From a bacterium (lineage in GTDB: Bacteria > JAMOTN01), in the NCBI GenBank assembly GCA_027062325.1, contig JAMOTN010000018.1:1-46158 (forward strand): a DNA stretch of 46,158 nt. The letters run 5' to 3'. This document shows positions 10,580 to 19,910 of this stretch, piece after piece. The translations under genes and the position numbers were made by a program. Below the pieces are notes generated by a model. That model searched no databases, was not told the DNA's origin, and worked only from the letters and a program-made list of their open reading frames with translations. Every line of letters starts with the position of its first letter. Position 1 is the stretch's first letter.

Positions 10580-11751
10580 TAAACAACCCTCCCAACTCTC
10601 AAGAATACTTTAGCCCTGACTGCCTCTCCTCTTCCCTCTTCTCCAACGCCATTCCCGCTCAAAAATGTAACAGAAACATTCTCTTCTAGAACTCCAAGCA
10701 TATAAGCAAGGTTTGCTCTCATCTTTTCTCTGAATCTTGCAAGCTTCATTGCATTAGTCTCAACCTGCACACGCACATCCAACACAACCCAACCAGCCAA
10801 CCAAAGCTCGTTGATAACAGGTTCTAAAAGCTTAGAAGAATCAATTCCCTTCTCAACTCTAGAAGCAGGATACACCTCCCCCAAATCCAAACCCCACATA
10901 GAAAGCAACGCCTCAGTAACCGCATGTAACACAACATCACCATCAGAGTGCGCAATAAACTCAAGATCTTTAGCCACATCAATTCCTGCTAGCTTAAGTC
11001 CACTTCCTCCTTCTCTTACTCTATGTACATCCTCTGCAAACAACATTCTTTCTTCTACAACTTTCCACTTCCCGTAAATATCCTGAACGTGCGTAATTTT
11101 CACATTTTTAGAATCCCCCTGCGTCAAAATCACTTTAAACCCTGCTTTTTCAAAAAGAAATGCCTCATCCGTTATCAAACCAGTTGACAACTTTTCAGCT
11201 TTGATTAGCTCTTTCAAACGCCGAGTTTTGAAAGCTTGAGGAGTCTGAACCAACCAAACCTTTCTCCTATCAAACCACTTACCAGTCATCCTCTCTTCTG
11301 GTCCTTCCAAGTTATCCTCAGTTACTCTAACTGTATCTGCAACACCAACAGCAGGCACTGCACAAACTTCATCATTAATAAAATTCAAACTTTCAATAAT
11401 ACCGTTCAAAACCCTATCATTCACAAAACAACGGGCCGCATCGTGAATTAGAACGTATTCAGTCTCAACTTCTTTTAAAGCATTGTAAACACTGTCCTTT
11501 CGCTCTCTTCCTCCATCTACAAAGTGAGCTTTAAATACCCCTTCAAAGCATCTTCGAACATCTTTACTCGCTGCAACAACAACATTAAAACCACGCTCTA
11601 AGAAAAAGCGCAAGCTTTTTTCAAATACACTCTTTCCATCAATGGGATAAAACATTTTGTTTCCAAGAGCAAATCTCTTCGATATACCAGCAGCAACCAA
11701 AATCACAGTCATAAGGGAAGTATCAAAATAATTATTTGCGTTGCTAATCAT
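10579..11751 (-). CDS. ispDF: Bifunctional IspD/IspF (MEP pathway)
   Basis: IspD: AAGISKR, GGRERKDSV, VLIHDAAR, VQTPQAF, NVKITH. IspF: DVH, HSDGDVVLHA. Start at ATG 11751 behind SD GGGAGGA. Confidence 0.9.
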   Translation of the reverse strand: MISNANNYFDTSLMTVILVAAGISKRFALGNKMFYPIDGKSVFEKSLRFFLERGFNVVVAASKDVRRCFEGVFKAHFVDGGRERKDSVYNALKEVETEYVLIHDAARCFVNDRVLNGIIESLNFINDEVCAVPAVGVADTVRVTEDNLEGPEERMTGKWFDRRKVWLVQTPQAFKTRRLKELIKAEKLSTGLITDEAFLFEKAGFKVILTQGDSKNVKITHVQDIYGKWKVVEERMLFAEDVHRVREGGSGLKLAGIDVAKDLEFIAHSDGDVVLHAVTEALLSMWGLDLGEVYPASRVEKGIDSSKLLEPVINELWLAGWVVLDVRVQVETNAMKLARFREKMRANLAYMLGVLEENVSVTFLSGNGVGEEGRGEAVRAKVFLRVGRVV

Positions 11752-11779
11752 TTCCTCCCTCCTATTTTTCATACCTTTT

Positions 11780-14422
11780 TCACCCTTTGATAACCGATAC
11801 TCCTTCCAATCCCTCAACAACATCTCTTAACGGTACCTCCGGATACAATATCTTCAACTTGTTATAAACTCTCTCAAACGCTTCAACTACTTTTGGATCA
11901 AACTGCTTACCCGCATTCTTTTTTATCTCCTCTAAAGCATAGGAATCAGGCAAAGCTTTTCTATAAGAGCGAGAAGAAGTCATCGCATCAAAAGTATCAG
12001 CAACCGCTAAAATTCTTGCTCCAAGCGGAATTTCCTCTCCCTTTAAGCCTTCTGGGTACCCCTTACCATCCCAACGTTCATGATGATAGTAAGTGTAGGG
12101 TACGACGCTTTCCAAAAAACGCACTTGATTTATTATATTGGCTCCCAAAACCGGATGCTTCTTTATTTCCTCATACTCTTCATCTGTAAGTTTTCCCTTC
12201 TTGAGTAGGATACTTTCTCTTACACCAATCTTTCCTATATCGTGAAGGAGTCCTGCTAGTTTTATTCTCTCTATCTCATCTTCAGGTAGCCCCATTTCAC
12301 GCGCTATCAAAACAGCATATTCCATAACACGTGATGAGTGCCCGTGAGTGTAGGCATCTTTTGCATCTATTGCCGCAGCAAGTGCAGAAACAGTAGATAG
12401 ATAAGCTTGTTCAAGATCTTTATAAAGAACAGCGTTTTCAATGGAAACAGCCGCTTGAGAAGCAAAACTTTCAAGTAAACTTATCTCCTCATCACCAAAA
12501 TGATGCACTCTATCGGTAAACACTTGCAAAACTCCTATGGTCTTTCCTCTAACACTTAAAGGCACTGCAATCATAGATACAAGTCCAAACTGTTTGGCAA
12601 CTGCCCTTTCCCTGAATCGCTCGTCCTCAAACACATTCTTTATAACCTCAGTTTTCCCCGTTGCGAACACACTTCCTGCTATCCCTTCACCACTTCTGAA
12701 TTTAAAGCGTTTGAAGTAATCAGGAACACCATAAACTGCTTTCACCTTTATCTCCTGCCTCTTCTCATCCTCCGCAAGCCAGACAAGAGATGAATGAGCC
12801 TCAAGTGCTTGAACACTCAACACAGCAATAAACTCTAAAACTTTTTCAAGATCAAGAGTACTTCCAACAGTTTTACTCACATCATACAAAAATGCAAGTT
12901 CTCTAATCTTTTCTTCAAGCCCTCGGTAAACCTTTGCACTTTCCATGGCAATTCCAAGTTGCAGAGCAAAAGAGCTAACAATACTCACATCAAAAGAAGA
13001 AAACGCTCCTTCTTTGAAACTTGCAACTAATACCAATCCTTTTATCTCCCCATTAGCAAACACTGGAACTGCTACATAAGAAGATATATCACCTTCATAA
13101 ATTCCACGCTTTTTCAAAACACTCATCTCAACCAAAATCTCTTCCGGTACAACCTCACGCAGAGCAATCATCCCGTATATATCGGCTACAAGTTCTTTTA
13201 AAAACTCAATCTGAGATGGGGTAGGGATATTTTGAGATACTATGTGAAGCTGAGACAATCCCGTATTTGCCAAAAATATACCACTCATATCAGAGTCCAT
13301 TATGCTCAAAAGCTTTGTCAAAATCTTCTTAACTATACTATCCAAACTTCTTCCCGCAACGCTTATGTACTTAACAATCTCATTCAAACTGGTTCTTTCT
13401 TTTAATAATCTCTCCTTTTCATCTATTTGAGATATGTGATTTATTTTTTGGTTTAAAATATCCCTTACCAATGAAAGCGTCATAACATCTTCTTCTTCAA
13501 ACAATGAATGCTCATTAAATATGACAAGCAAACCCTTATCAGAAATTGGCAACACCATACAGCTCATTAATCCATCTTCCGCATAATTTGAAAGATCAAG
13601 CTTTATCCAGTCATATTCTACATCCTTCAAGTCAAGCGAATTATCAACAATTACCACTGCCTTCTGCTCAAACATCACTATCTGTTCAACCGCTCTGAAA
13701 AATTTATCTTCAACCTCAACTTTTCCACGTTTGTAAACTTCTTCTGCGTTGGGAAGTGAGAAAGCAACACCATCGAATTTAAACTCCCTAATCAATACAT
13801 CCAAGACTTTCCCCACAAAATCCGGTGCCTCATCGTTTATAAGGCTTCTGAAAGCCGGTAAATTGTGAACTAATTTGTAATATTTGGATGACATTCTCTT
13901 AAACTCAAGACCACTTTTAATACGTCCAAGAGTGTTTCCAACCATGAGAGCTATTATCGGGATCAAATCATTCACAACCCGGGCAAGCTTTTCTTCAAAA
14001 GCTACTGCCAGCGCCCCTACATCCTCAACTCCTTCTCGCAAAATCATATATTTTATATCAAGTCCTTTCCTATCCCCCTCACTAAGCGTAAAGTTTTCCA
14101 CCTTTATTCCTACAAATTCTCTAGCTCCACCAAATGTTTTGACAAGATTTATCTTTATAATCTCAATCTCCGCTTCATCAAACTTAACCAAACTGCTAAT
14201 GACAACCTTTCTGTCCTCTGGAATAAATAAAGCCATAGCCTTGACAGGTAACCTCTCAATCGCATACTTACTTATCAATCTAGCAGCTTTCGAGATAGAA
14301 GTAGTATCAAGTTCAGCTAACGCCTCTCCAAAAGAAGCAACTTGGTTCATAACCTTCTTAGTACTAACAGCCGGCTTAATAGAAACTATTTCATCTTTAA
14401 GCCTTATACTATCAAATCGCAT
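11780..14422 (-). CDS. Multi-GAF HD-GYP cyclic di-GMP phosphodiesterase
   Basis: YTHGHS, LLHDIGKIG, HHERWDGKGYP, ADTFDAMTS.RSYR; preceded by GAF repeats. Confidence 0.93.
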   Translation of the reverse strand: MRFDSIRLKDEIVSIKPAVSTKKVMNQVASFGEALAELDTTSISKAARLISKYAIERLPVKAMALFIPEDRKVVISSLVKFDEAEIEIIKINLVKTFGGAREFVGIKVENFTLSEGDRKGLDIKYMILREGVEDVGALAVAFEEKLARVVNDLIPIIALMVGNTLGRIKSGLEFKRMSSKYYKLVHNLPAFRSLINDEAPDFVGKVLDVLIREFKFDGVAFSLPNAEEVYKRGKVEVEDKFFRAVEQIVMFEQKAVVIVDNSLDLKDVEYDWIKLDLSNYAEDGLMSCMVLPISDKGLLVIFNEHSLFEEEDVMTLSLVRDILNQKINHISQIDEKERLLKERTSLNEIVKYISVAGRSLDSIVKKILTKLLSIMDSDMSGIFLANTGLSQLHIVSQNIPTPSQIEFLKELVADIYGMIALREVVPEEILVEMSVLKKRGIYEGDISSYVAVPVFANGEIKGLVLVASFKEGAFSSFDVSIVSSFALQLGIAMESAKVYRGLEEKIRELAFLYDVSKTVGSTLDLEKVLEFIAVLSVQALEAHSSLVWLAEDEKRQEIKVKAVYGVPDYFKRFKFRSGEGIAGSVFATGKTEVIKNVFEDERFRERAVAKQFGLVSMIAVPLSVRGKTIGVLQVFTDRVHHFGDEEISLLESFASQAAVSIENAVLYKDLEQAYLSTVSALAAAIDAKDAYTHGHSSRVMEYAVLIAREMGLPEDEIERIKLAGLLHDIGKIGVRESILLKKGKLTDEEYEEIKKHPVLGANIINQVRFLESVVPYTYYHHERWDGKGYPEGLKGEEIPLGARILAVADTFDAMTSSRSYRKALPDSYALEEIKKNAGKQFDPKVVEAFERVYNKLKILYPEVPLRDVVEGLEGVSVIKG

Positions 14423-14453
14423 ACTTACTCCCCCTAAAGTGCTTTACTTTAAT

Positions 14454-15746
14454 CTACCCTTTACCCTCAACTTTCTCCTTCAATCTCCTAGAACCTCTCA
14501 AATCTACAACCTCAACTCTATTTCTTCCATTCTCCTTAGCTCGATACAACGCTTCATCTGCTGCCTTAACCAACTCTTCTCCTGTCCAATCTCCATAAGA
14601 ATAATCACCTATGCAAACCCCAAAACTTGCAGTAACCTTAGGATTTTCTGTCTCCATCTTTATCCTCTCTCTGACTCTTTCTGCCCAAATCTTAGAACCA
14701 TCTGAAGTTTGGGGCATTATAACCACAATCTCTTCTCCACCATAACGAGCCGCCAAATCAGAAGAGCGGCTGTTCTCCATAACTATTCGAGCAACCTCTT
14801 TCAATATTCTATCTCCAACCTGATGTCCATATGTATCATTAACACTTTTGAAGTGATCTATATCCAGCATAACCACTGAAATCGGCAGCTGATAACGCCT
14901 AGCTCGCTCAACTTCCTTTTCTAACATTTGATTAAAAAATGCCCTGTTGTAAAGGCCTGTCAATCCATCCTTTACTGACGCTTCAAATACCTTTTCAAAC
15001 AAAACTGCCCTTTCAAATGTTAAAAACAGATAATTTGCTATTAGCCTAAAAAAGAAACTGTAATCATGCTTCAAACCGTAAATTCCAACTAGCATAAAGC
15101 GTTTAGACTTTGTAATAACAGGAAAAACAAAACCAGTAGTGTAGTCAGGCAATATACCATCTCCAGATTTTACTTTTATGGAGGCCTTGGAAAAGTCTAC
15201 ATCTTGCAAAAGCCCCGTTGATCTAACAATAGCTTTGAACTCCTCCTCAACTTTTTTTAAGAACAACAATACCCCAGCCTTCGAAGCATCACTGAAAGCA
15301 TAAACACTATCGTCAACGTAAAACACCACAGTTACACCAGAAAAGTGCTTTAGAAAGAGATTCCCAACTTCTTCTACTAACATATCCACGGTAAATATGC
15401 GCACTAACCTATTTGCCAAAGCAACAACAAAACGCAGTCTTTCCCTATAAGAATCAAGGCGTATCTGCTGGAGAAAATTTTCAATCACAAATTTTGCATA
15501 CTTCAACATCTCATCCTCCGCTTTTGGAGACATCTCAGGCAAAACCAAAAGATAATCTCCACTCTTTACATACACATTATCCAACTCCAACACTCTATCT
15601 CTGTCTTCTTCTAAAAACCAATCTTCCACTCCAGACTCAAGTTTAAAATTGACATCCGCAAATATTCTCTCAAAACCACCCTCTGTTCTCCTCAGTAGTG
15701 CAATAACTTCAACGTCAAACAATTCTTCTAAAAACTCCTTTATCAC
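14454..15746 (-). CDS. Diguanylate cyclase (GGDEF)
   Basis: DGLTGLYNR, DIDHFKSVND, RYGGEE, I-site RSSD. Confidence 0.93.
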   Translation of the reverse strand: MIKEFLEELFDVEVIALLRRTEGGFERIFADVNFKLESGVEDWFLEEDRDRVLELDNVYVKSGDYLLVLPEMSPKAEDEMLKYAKFVIENFLQQIRLDSYRERLRFVVALANRLVRIFTVDMLVEEVGNLFLKHFSGVTVVFYVDDSVYAFSDASKAGVLLFLKKVEEEFKAIVRSTGLLQDVDFSKASIKVKSGDGILPDYTTGFVFPVITKSKRFMLVGIYGLKHDYSFFFRLIANYLFLTFERAVLFEKVFEASVKDGLTGLYNRAFFNQMLEKEVERARRYQLPISVVMLDIDHFKSVNDTYGHQVGDRILKEVARIVMENSRSSDLAARYGGEEIVVIMPQTSDGSKIWAERVRERIKMETENPKVTASFGVCIGDYSYGDWTGEELVKAADEALYRAKENGRNRVEVVDLRGSRRLKEKVEGKG

Positions 15747-15760
15747 ACTTCATCACCTTT

Positions 15761-17263
15761 CTACCTTTTTATGGGCTTATCAAGCAGCTCAAAAACTTCC
15801 CTATTCTCCTTCAACAGAGCCGCTTTTAAATTATCCCTAAACAATCTGTCAAATGTATCTGCATTCAACGTGAAGAAATCCTCACCATACCACCAAAACC
15901 AATCACTTGCTTCAGCCCTAAGTATATATTCATTTGGCTCAGTAACCATATCCCTCACTTTGGCAAGGTACCGCCAAGCAAGTGCGTCCTCAGTGTGCCC
16001 TGCCCAAACATTGAAATTAGCCCAAACCCAACTTCCGGGCTCAATTCTTGGAAGTTGCTCTATATTAAAATCCTTAACCTCAGACAACCAAACCGAAACA
16101 AACTCCTTTGAGGAAGCTAAAATTCCTAACATCTCATCAAGAAATTCACGTCCTTCATCCTCAAAATGTTCCCAACAATTTTCTCCATCAAGAGCAACCA
16201 CAACGAGTATTTCCTCTCCTTCAGCAAACATCAACTGCTCCTCAAGCTTCCTAAAAAAGTCCGAAGCAGCATCTTTTCCACTCAACTGAGAATAAACAAA
16301 ACTCCATGTATCAGAAATCACTTTGTTCCTAAAAAAGAGTGTGATCCCACTAGAATGTTTATAGGGTCTATGAGTAAGATTCACTGCTTTCGCAGGTGCT
16401 TGGGGCGAACCATACCAAGTTTTATACAGTAAGCTTTCATCAGTTATAGTGTATTCTATGCCTTTCCCAGCAAGCAATCTCAAGCTATCATTAGAAACAG
16501 CACATTCAGGAGACCAAAACCCTTTTACCTCCAATCCTAAATCCGCATAAATTTCAAAGGCCTTATCTATATGTTTTTCTGCATCCCGCAATCTTTTAAA
16601 CTCAGGTAAGTTAACAGAATTTGTAGGATCCGATATTTTAGCTTCCGAAAGATCTATTAATAACGGTAATATTGGGTGAGCATACGGCACTCCTACACAT
16701 TCAACAACATCTTCTTTGTAAAATTCTAAAACTCTCTTCATATACTTTGCAGTAGCCTTTCTTATCACCTCAAAATCCTCAGAAGTATATGCTCTCCCCC
16801 TATCCATCAAGTTTTTCAAAGTCGGATCCGCTTCTATTTCCCCAGGATAAAACCACGCAAGGTTGAAGAGAAACTGAACATCTCGCACATCATCATCCTC
16901 TACAACATCACTTTCCAAAACTGACCTGAGACGTGAAAACTTTTGAGCCGCCCATTTAGGAACCATTTTAGTAAGCACATTTAAAATAAAGCCTCTCTCT
17001 GCCGGTGTGAGTTTATCCGGATCTTTTAAAGTCAACTTCCACCAACTATCACGGTCAAACGAATAATCATAAATTTGCACTGCAAGTGAAGGAGTTAAAG
17101 TAACATTTACTTTAACTCCAAAGCGAGCAAAATGATCTATTATTCTCCAGTAATCCTTCACAGCATGAAGACGCACCCAAGGAAGCTCTATTTCCCCTGT
17201 CATCGGATTTTCATAAAAAGGCTGATGCATATGCAAAACTATAGCAACTTTTACACGCTTCAC
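15761..17263 (-). CDS. Glycoside hydrolase family 57 (amylopullulanase-like)
   Basis: HMHQP, WSPECAVS (nucleophile Glu), ALDGENCWE (acid/base Asp), AEASDWFWW. Confidence 0.92.
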   Translation of the reverse strand: MKRVKVAIVLHMHQPFYENPMTGEIELPWVRLHAVKDYWRIIDHFARFGVKVNVTLTPSLAVQIYDYSFDRDSWWKLTLKDPDKLTPAERGFILNVLTKMVPKWAAQKFSRLRSVLESDVVEDDDVRDVQFLFNLAWFYPGEIEADPTLKNLMDRGRAYTSEDFEVIRKATAKYMKRVLEFYKEDVVECVGVPYAHPILPLLIDLSEAKISDPTNSVNLPEFKRLRDAEKHIDKAFEIYADLGLEVKGFWSPECAVSNDSLRLLAGKGIEYTITDESLLYKTWYGSPQAPAKAVNLTHRPYKHSSGITLFFRNKVISDTWSFVYSQLSGKDAASDFFRKLEEQLMFAEGEEILVVVALDGENCWEHFEDEGREFLDEMLGILASSKEFVSVWLSEVKDFNIEQLPRIEPGSWVWANFNVWAGHTEDALAWRYLAKVRDMVTEPNEYILRAEASDWFWWYGEDFFTLNADTFDRLFRDNLKAALLKENREVFELLDKPIKR

Positions 17264-17418
17264 TCCTAGTCACTCCTCAATTCTCCTAAATTAAACTAAC
17301 TTAACTCAAAATAACTTACACAAACTTAAGGTTAAGACAAAGCACCAACTCCTATCGGCTAAGAATTAACCACCCTTTGCTAATAATTAATCACCTTTTA
17401 TAATTAAATTTTAACAGC

Positions 17419-17455
17419 AAAAAAAGAAAATGCCAGCAGCATAAGCTACTGGCAT
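17419..17455 (-). terminator. Rho-independent terminator downstream of iscU
   Basis: Minus strand TGCCAGTAGC-TTAT-GCTGCTGGCA then TTTTCTTTTTTT. Confidence 0.8.
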
Positions 17456-17505
17456 ACAGTAAATAACATTTTTCCGCAGAAAATTCGGTAATTCTTATAG
17501 CAAAT

Positions 17506-17925
17506 TTATTCAACTTTTTTTTCCTTTTCACAAAACTCCTCTGCACTCATTCCATATTTTTTCCTACAGTAATCTTCAATTGCCAACTTAATGCCATCCT
17601 CAACCATTAAAGAACAGTGTATTTTAGCCTCAGGCAACCCCCCCAATGCCTCAACTATGGCTTTTTTAGTAATTCCATACGCCTCACATATTTTCATTCC
17701 CTTTATCATCTCAGTAGCCACAGAAGACGAAGCAATTGCTGCTGCACATCCAAAAGTTTTGAATTTTACATCTGTTATAACATCATTTTCATCAACTTTT
17801 ATATAAACTATGATGCTATCTCCACACACATGACTTGAAAGATCTCCTACCCCATCAGCATCAGGAATCTCCCCAACATTTTTGGGATTCATAAAGTGCT
17901 CAAGTACCTTATCACTGTACTCCAT
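17506..17925 (-). CDS. iscU: Fe-S cluster scaffold IscU/NifU-type
   Basis: YSDKVLEHFMNPKNVG, CGD, KTFGCAAAIASSS, KIHCS. Confidence 0.95.
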   Translation of the reverse strand: MEYSDKVLEHFMNPKNVGEIPDADGVGDLSSHVCGDSIIVYIKVDENDVITDVKFKTFGCAAAIASSSVATEMIKGMKICEAYGITKKAIVEALGGLPEAKIHCSLMVEDGIKLAIEDYCRKKYGMSAEEFCEKEKKVE

Positions 17926-18937
17926 TTATAAACACCTCCCACCTTTTCATCTCCTCAGCAGGATCTATGAAGCTTACCTTTCTCAAATTACCAACAACCC
18001 CTTTTAGAGCTTCCAAAATTTCATCGTAACACTCCTCATCTACCCTATCCAAAATAGAGCAAAATCTCAAACCACTCCTTGCAATAAACGGTGGAACCCC
18101 TGCAGCCTCAAGCTGAACGCTCTGTCTTCCACAAGCCGATAAATCCTCTATTAAAATCCCGTTTTTAATCATCCATTCCTTACCAAGCTTCATTTCGACT
18201 AACTCAACAACAGCCTCTCCTTCACAACCAATTACAGCTACAGAAAACGAATTCTCAATATCACTTTCAAATAACTCAACACTGTAAGGTAAGTTTGCAA
18301 GTATCCTCTTTTTTAGCTCTACAATATTTGCTGGACTATAACTCCAAAAATTTGCCACACACCTAACAACACTTTCTAAACTTACCTTGCAAGCCTCAAT
18401 ATTAAATTCAAGTTTTCCATTAACTTTCCTCATTAACTCATACCAAGCTCGCGTGGTAAACATCACATCAAAAACATCATTTATTGTGAGCACTAAACAA
18501 TCTGCAAACTCAAACTCTTCCTTTAGCTCAGAAGGAGACGTGCGTCCCAATAGTCCTGTAATATTTGACACTATCATCACATCTTGCTTATCAACATTTG
18601 AAAAATCCCTTTTTATTTTTCTAGATAACATCAAATCGTAACGAGAAGCTAGATTGACTCCCTCTCTCAACTCAACTCTCTTTTCAATCAACTTGTATTC
18701 AAGTTTTTTCTTTGTTGCATTAAAAACTCTCAAATTTCTATCATAGGGAGCTACATTGTCTAAAAAAGCAAGCATTAAAGCAAAATATTCTCTCTTAGGA
18801 AGCCTTAGAAAATGAGTATAATCATTATTTCTCAATATTTTTTCAACTACAGTTTTAGAATTTTCAAAATTTTCTTCATCTAGTAATTTATCCCTACCGA
18901 ACAATGCATAAAAAGAATCACAACTAACCTTTGCCAT
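17912..18937 (-). CDS. Highly divergent IscS/NifS-like protein, probably lacking desulfurase activity
   Basis: C-terminal third resembles IscS (GCEGEAVV, GILIEDLSAC, SGLRF, ILEALKGVVGNLRKVS); no SxHK PLP-lysine motif; overlaps the iscU start. Confidence 0.7.
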   Translation of the reverse strand: MAKVSCDSFYALFGRDKLLDEENFENSKTVVEKILRNNDYTHFLRLPKREYFALMLAFLDNVAPYDRNLRVFNATKKKLEYKLIEKRVELREGVNLASRYDLMLSRKIKRDFSNVDKQDVMIVSNITGLLGRTSPSELKEEFEFADCLVLTINDVFDVMFTTRAWYELMRKVNGKLEFNIEACKVSLESVVRCVANFWSYSPANIVELKKRILANLPYSVELFESDIENSFSVAVIGCEGEAVVELVEMKLGKEWMIKNGILIEDLSACGRQSVQLEAAGVPPFIARSGLRFCSILDRVDEECYDEILEALKGVVGNLRKVSFIDPAEEMKRWEVFINGVQ

Positions 18938-18943
18938 TATGCA

Positions 18944-19846
18944 TCACCCCACATCTTTGAAGAGCTTGAAATTCAACCGATGAATAGGCGTAACTCCGCA
19001 CCTTTCTATCTCAAGATAGTGCTGCGGTGTAGGGTATCCCTTGTGAGAAGCAAAGTCATGCTCAAAGTGTTTAGAAAAAAAGCTCATTATCTCATCCCTC
19101 AAGTATTTTGCAACAATAGAGGCGAGACCAACCAATAACAATCTAGCATCACCTTTTTTCACAGGTACCACCAACATGCCCGCATCAGAAGCAATATTGT
19201 GCCACATTCCATCTCCAGATTTTAACCTTCTCTCTGCAATTGGCTCATCTACCCCATCAACAAACGTTAAAATACCATTCGCTACTTGAGAAGACCAACT
19301 ACACCTAAATGCCTCCTCTATCACAGAAAATACTGCTTTTTTCATAGCTAAACAAGAAGCTTTTCGTATGTTTATCTCACCAATCATATTATTATCTACT
19401 ACCCCCACTTTTATTAAAAAGTTGTTATTACTAACTATTTTATCATAAACAACTTTTCTTTCAACATCAGATAATTTCTTACTATCTAAACTTTTATTCT
19501 GCGATGAAATTTCTAATATTTCTGTAGGTAAAACTTCGAGAGAAATTTGATTGACTACATCAATAAGTTCAAGGAGCTCGGTACAATTTAAATTTATTCT
19601 AGTTGCAATATCAGGCTTAAAATCAAATAATAAGTTATTATAACTAACCTTACAAGTTGATTTACCAACCTCAGATAAAGATAACTTTTTCTCCTCAAGC
19701 ATTGTCCAAAATTGCCTTAAAAAACCACTCAAAGAATCGTTACACTTTCTCAAATCAACCCTTAAACCAACAGCCACAGATAAAACGGGGCCCGCTAAAG
19801 GCCCCCTACCAACTTCATCTACTCCTACGAGTAGCAACTCGTTCAC
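18944..19846 (-). CDS. rnhB: Ribonuclease HII with a large internal insertion
   Basis: GVDEVGRGPLAGPV, LDSKKLS, VDG, KGDA, ASIVAK..RD, HKGYPT, TPIHR. Confidence 0.93.
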   Translation of the reverse strand: MNELLLVGVDEVGRGPLAGPVLSVAVGLRVDLRKCNDSLSGFLRQFWTMLEEKKLSLSEVGKSTCKVSYNNLLFDFKPDIATRINLNCTELLELIDVVNQISLEVLPTEILEISSQNKSLDSKKLSDVERKVVYDKIVSNNNFLIKVGVVDNNMIGEINIRKASCLAMKKAVFSVIEEAFRCSWSSQVANGILTFVDGVDEPIAERRLKSGDGMWHNIASDAGMLVVPVKKGDARLLLVGLASIVAKYLRDEIMSFFSKHFEHDFASHKGYPTPQHYLEIERCGVTPIHRLNFKLFKDVG

Positions 19847-19910
19847 AATATTTCTCCCTACCTTGATTCAACAAATAAACTTTCACAGCTAATACTAACC
19901 AACAAGTAGA

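Noticed and set aside
11752-11823. Overlap between ispDF and the HD-GYP gene suggested by the ORF track
   Set aside because: Disappears when the SD-supported ATG at 11751 is used.
13884-14705. Long plus-strand ORFs in the track (e.g. 13884..14705, 15771..16289, 37921..38646, 44938..45558)
   Set aside because: S/I/F/L-rich antisense shadows of well-supported minus-strand genes, with no SD or motifs.
17264-17418. c-di-GMP riboswitch upstream of the GH57-GGDEF-HD-GYP genes
   Set aside because: Only an isolated GCAAA on the minus strand; the GNRA/receptor stems could not be built.
19493-19755. Intein in RNase HII
   Set aside because: Too short, and no His-Asn end followed by Cys/Ser/Thr.
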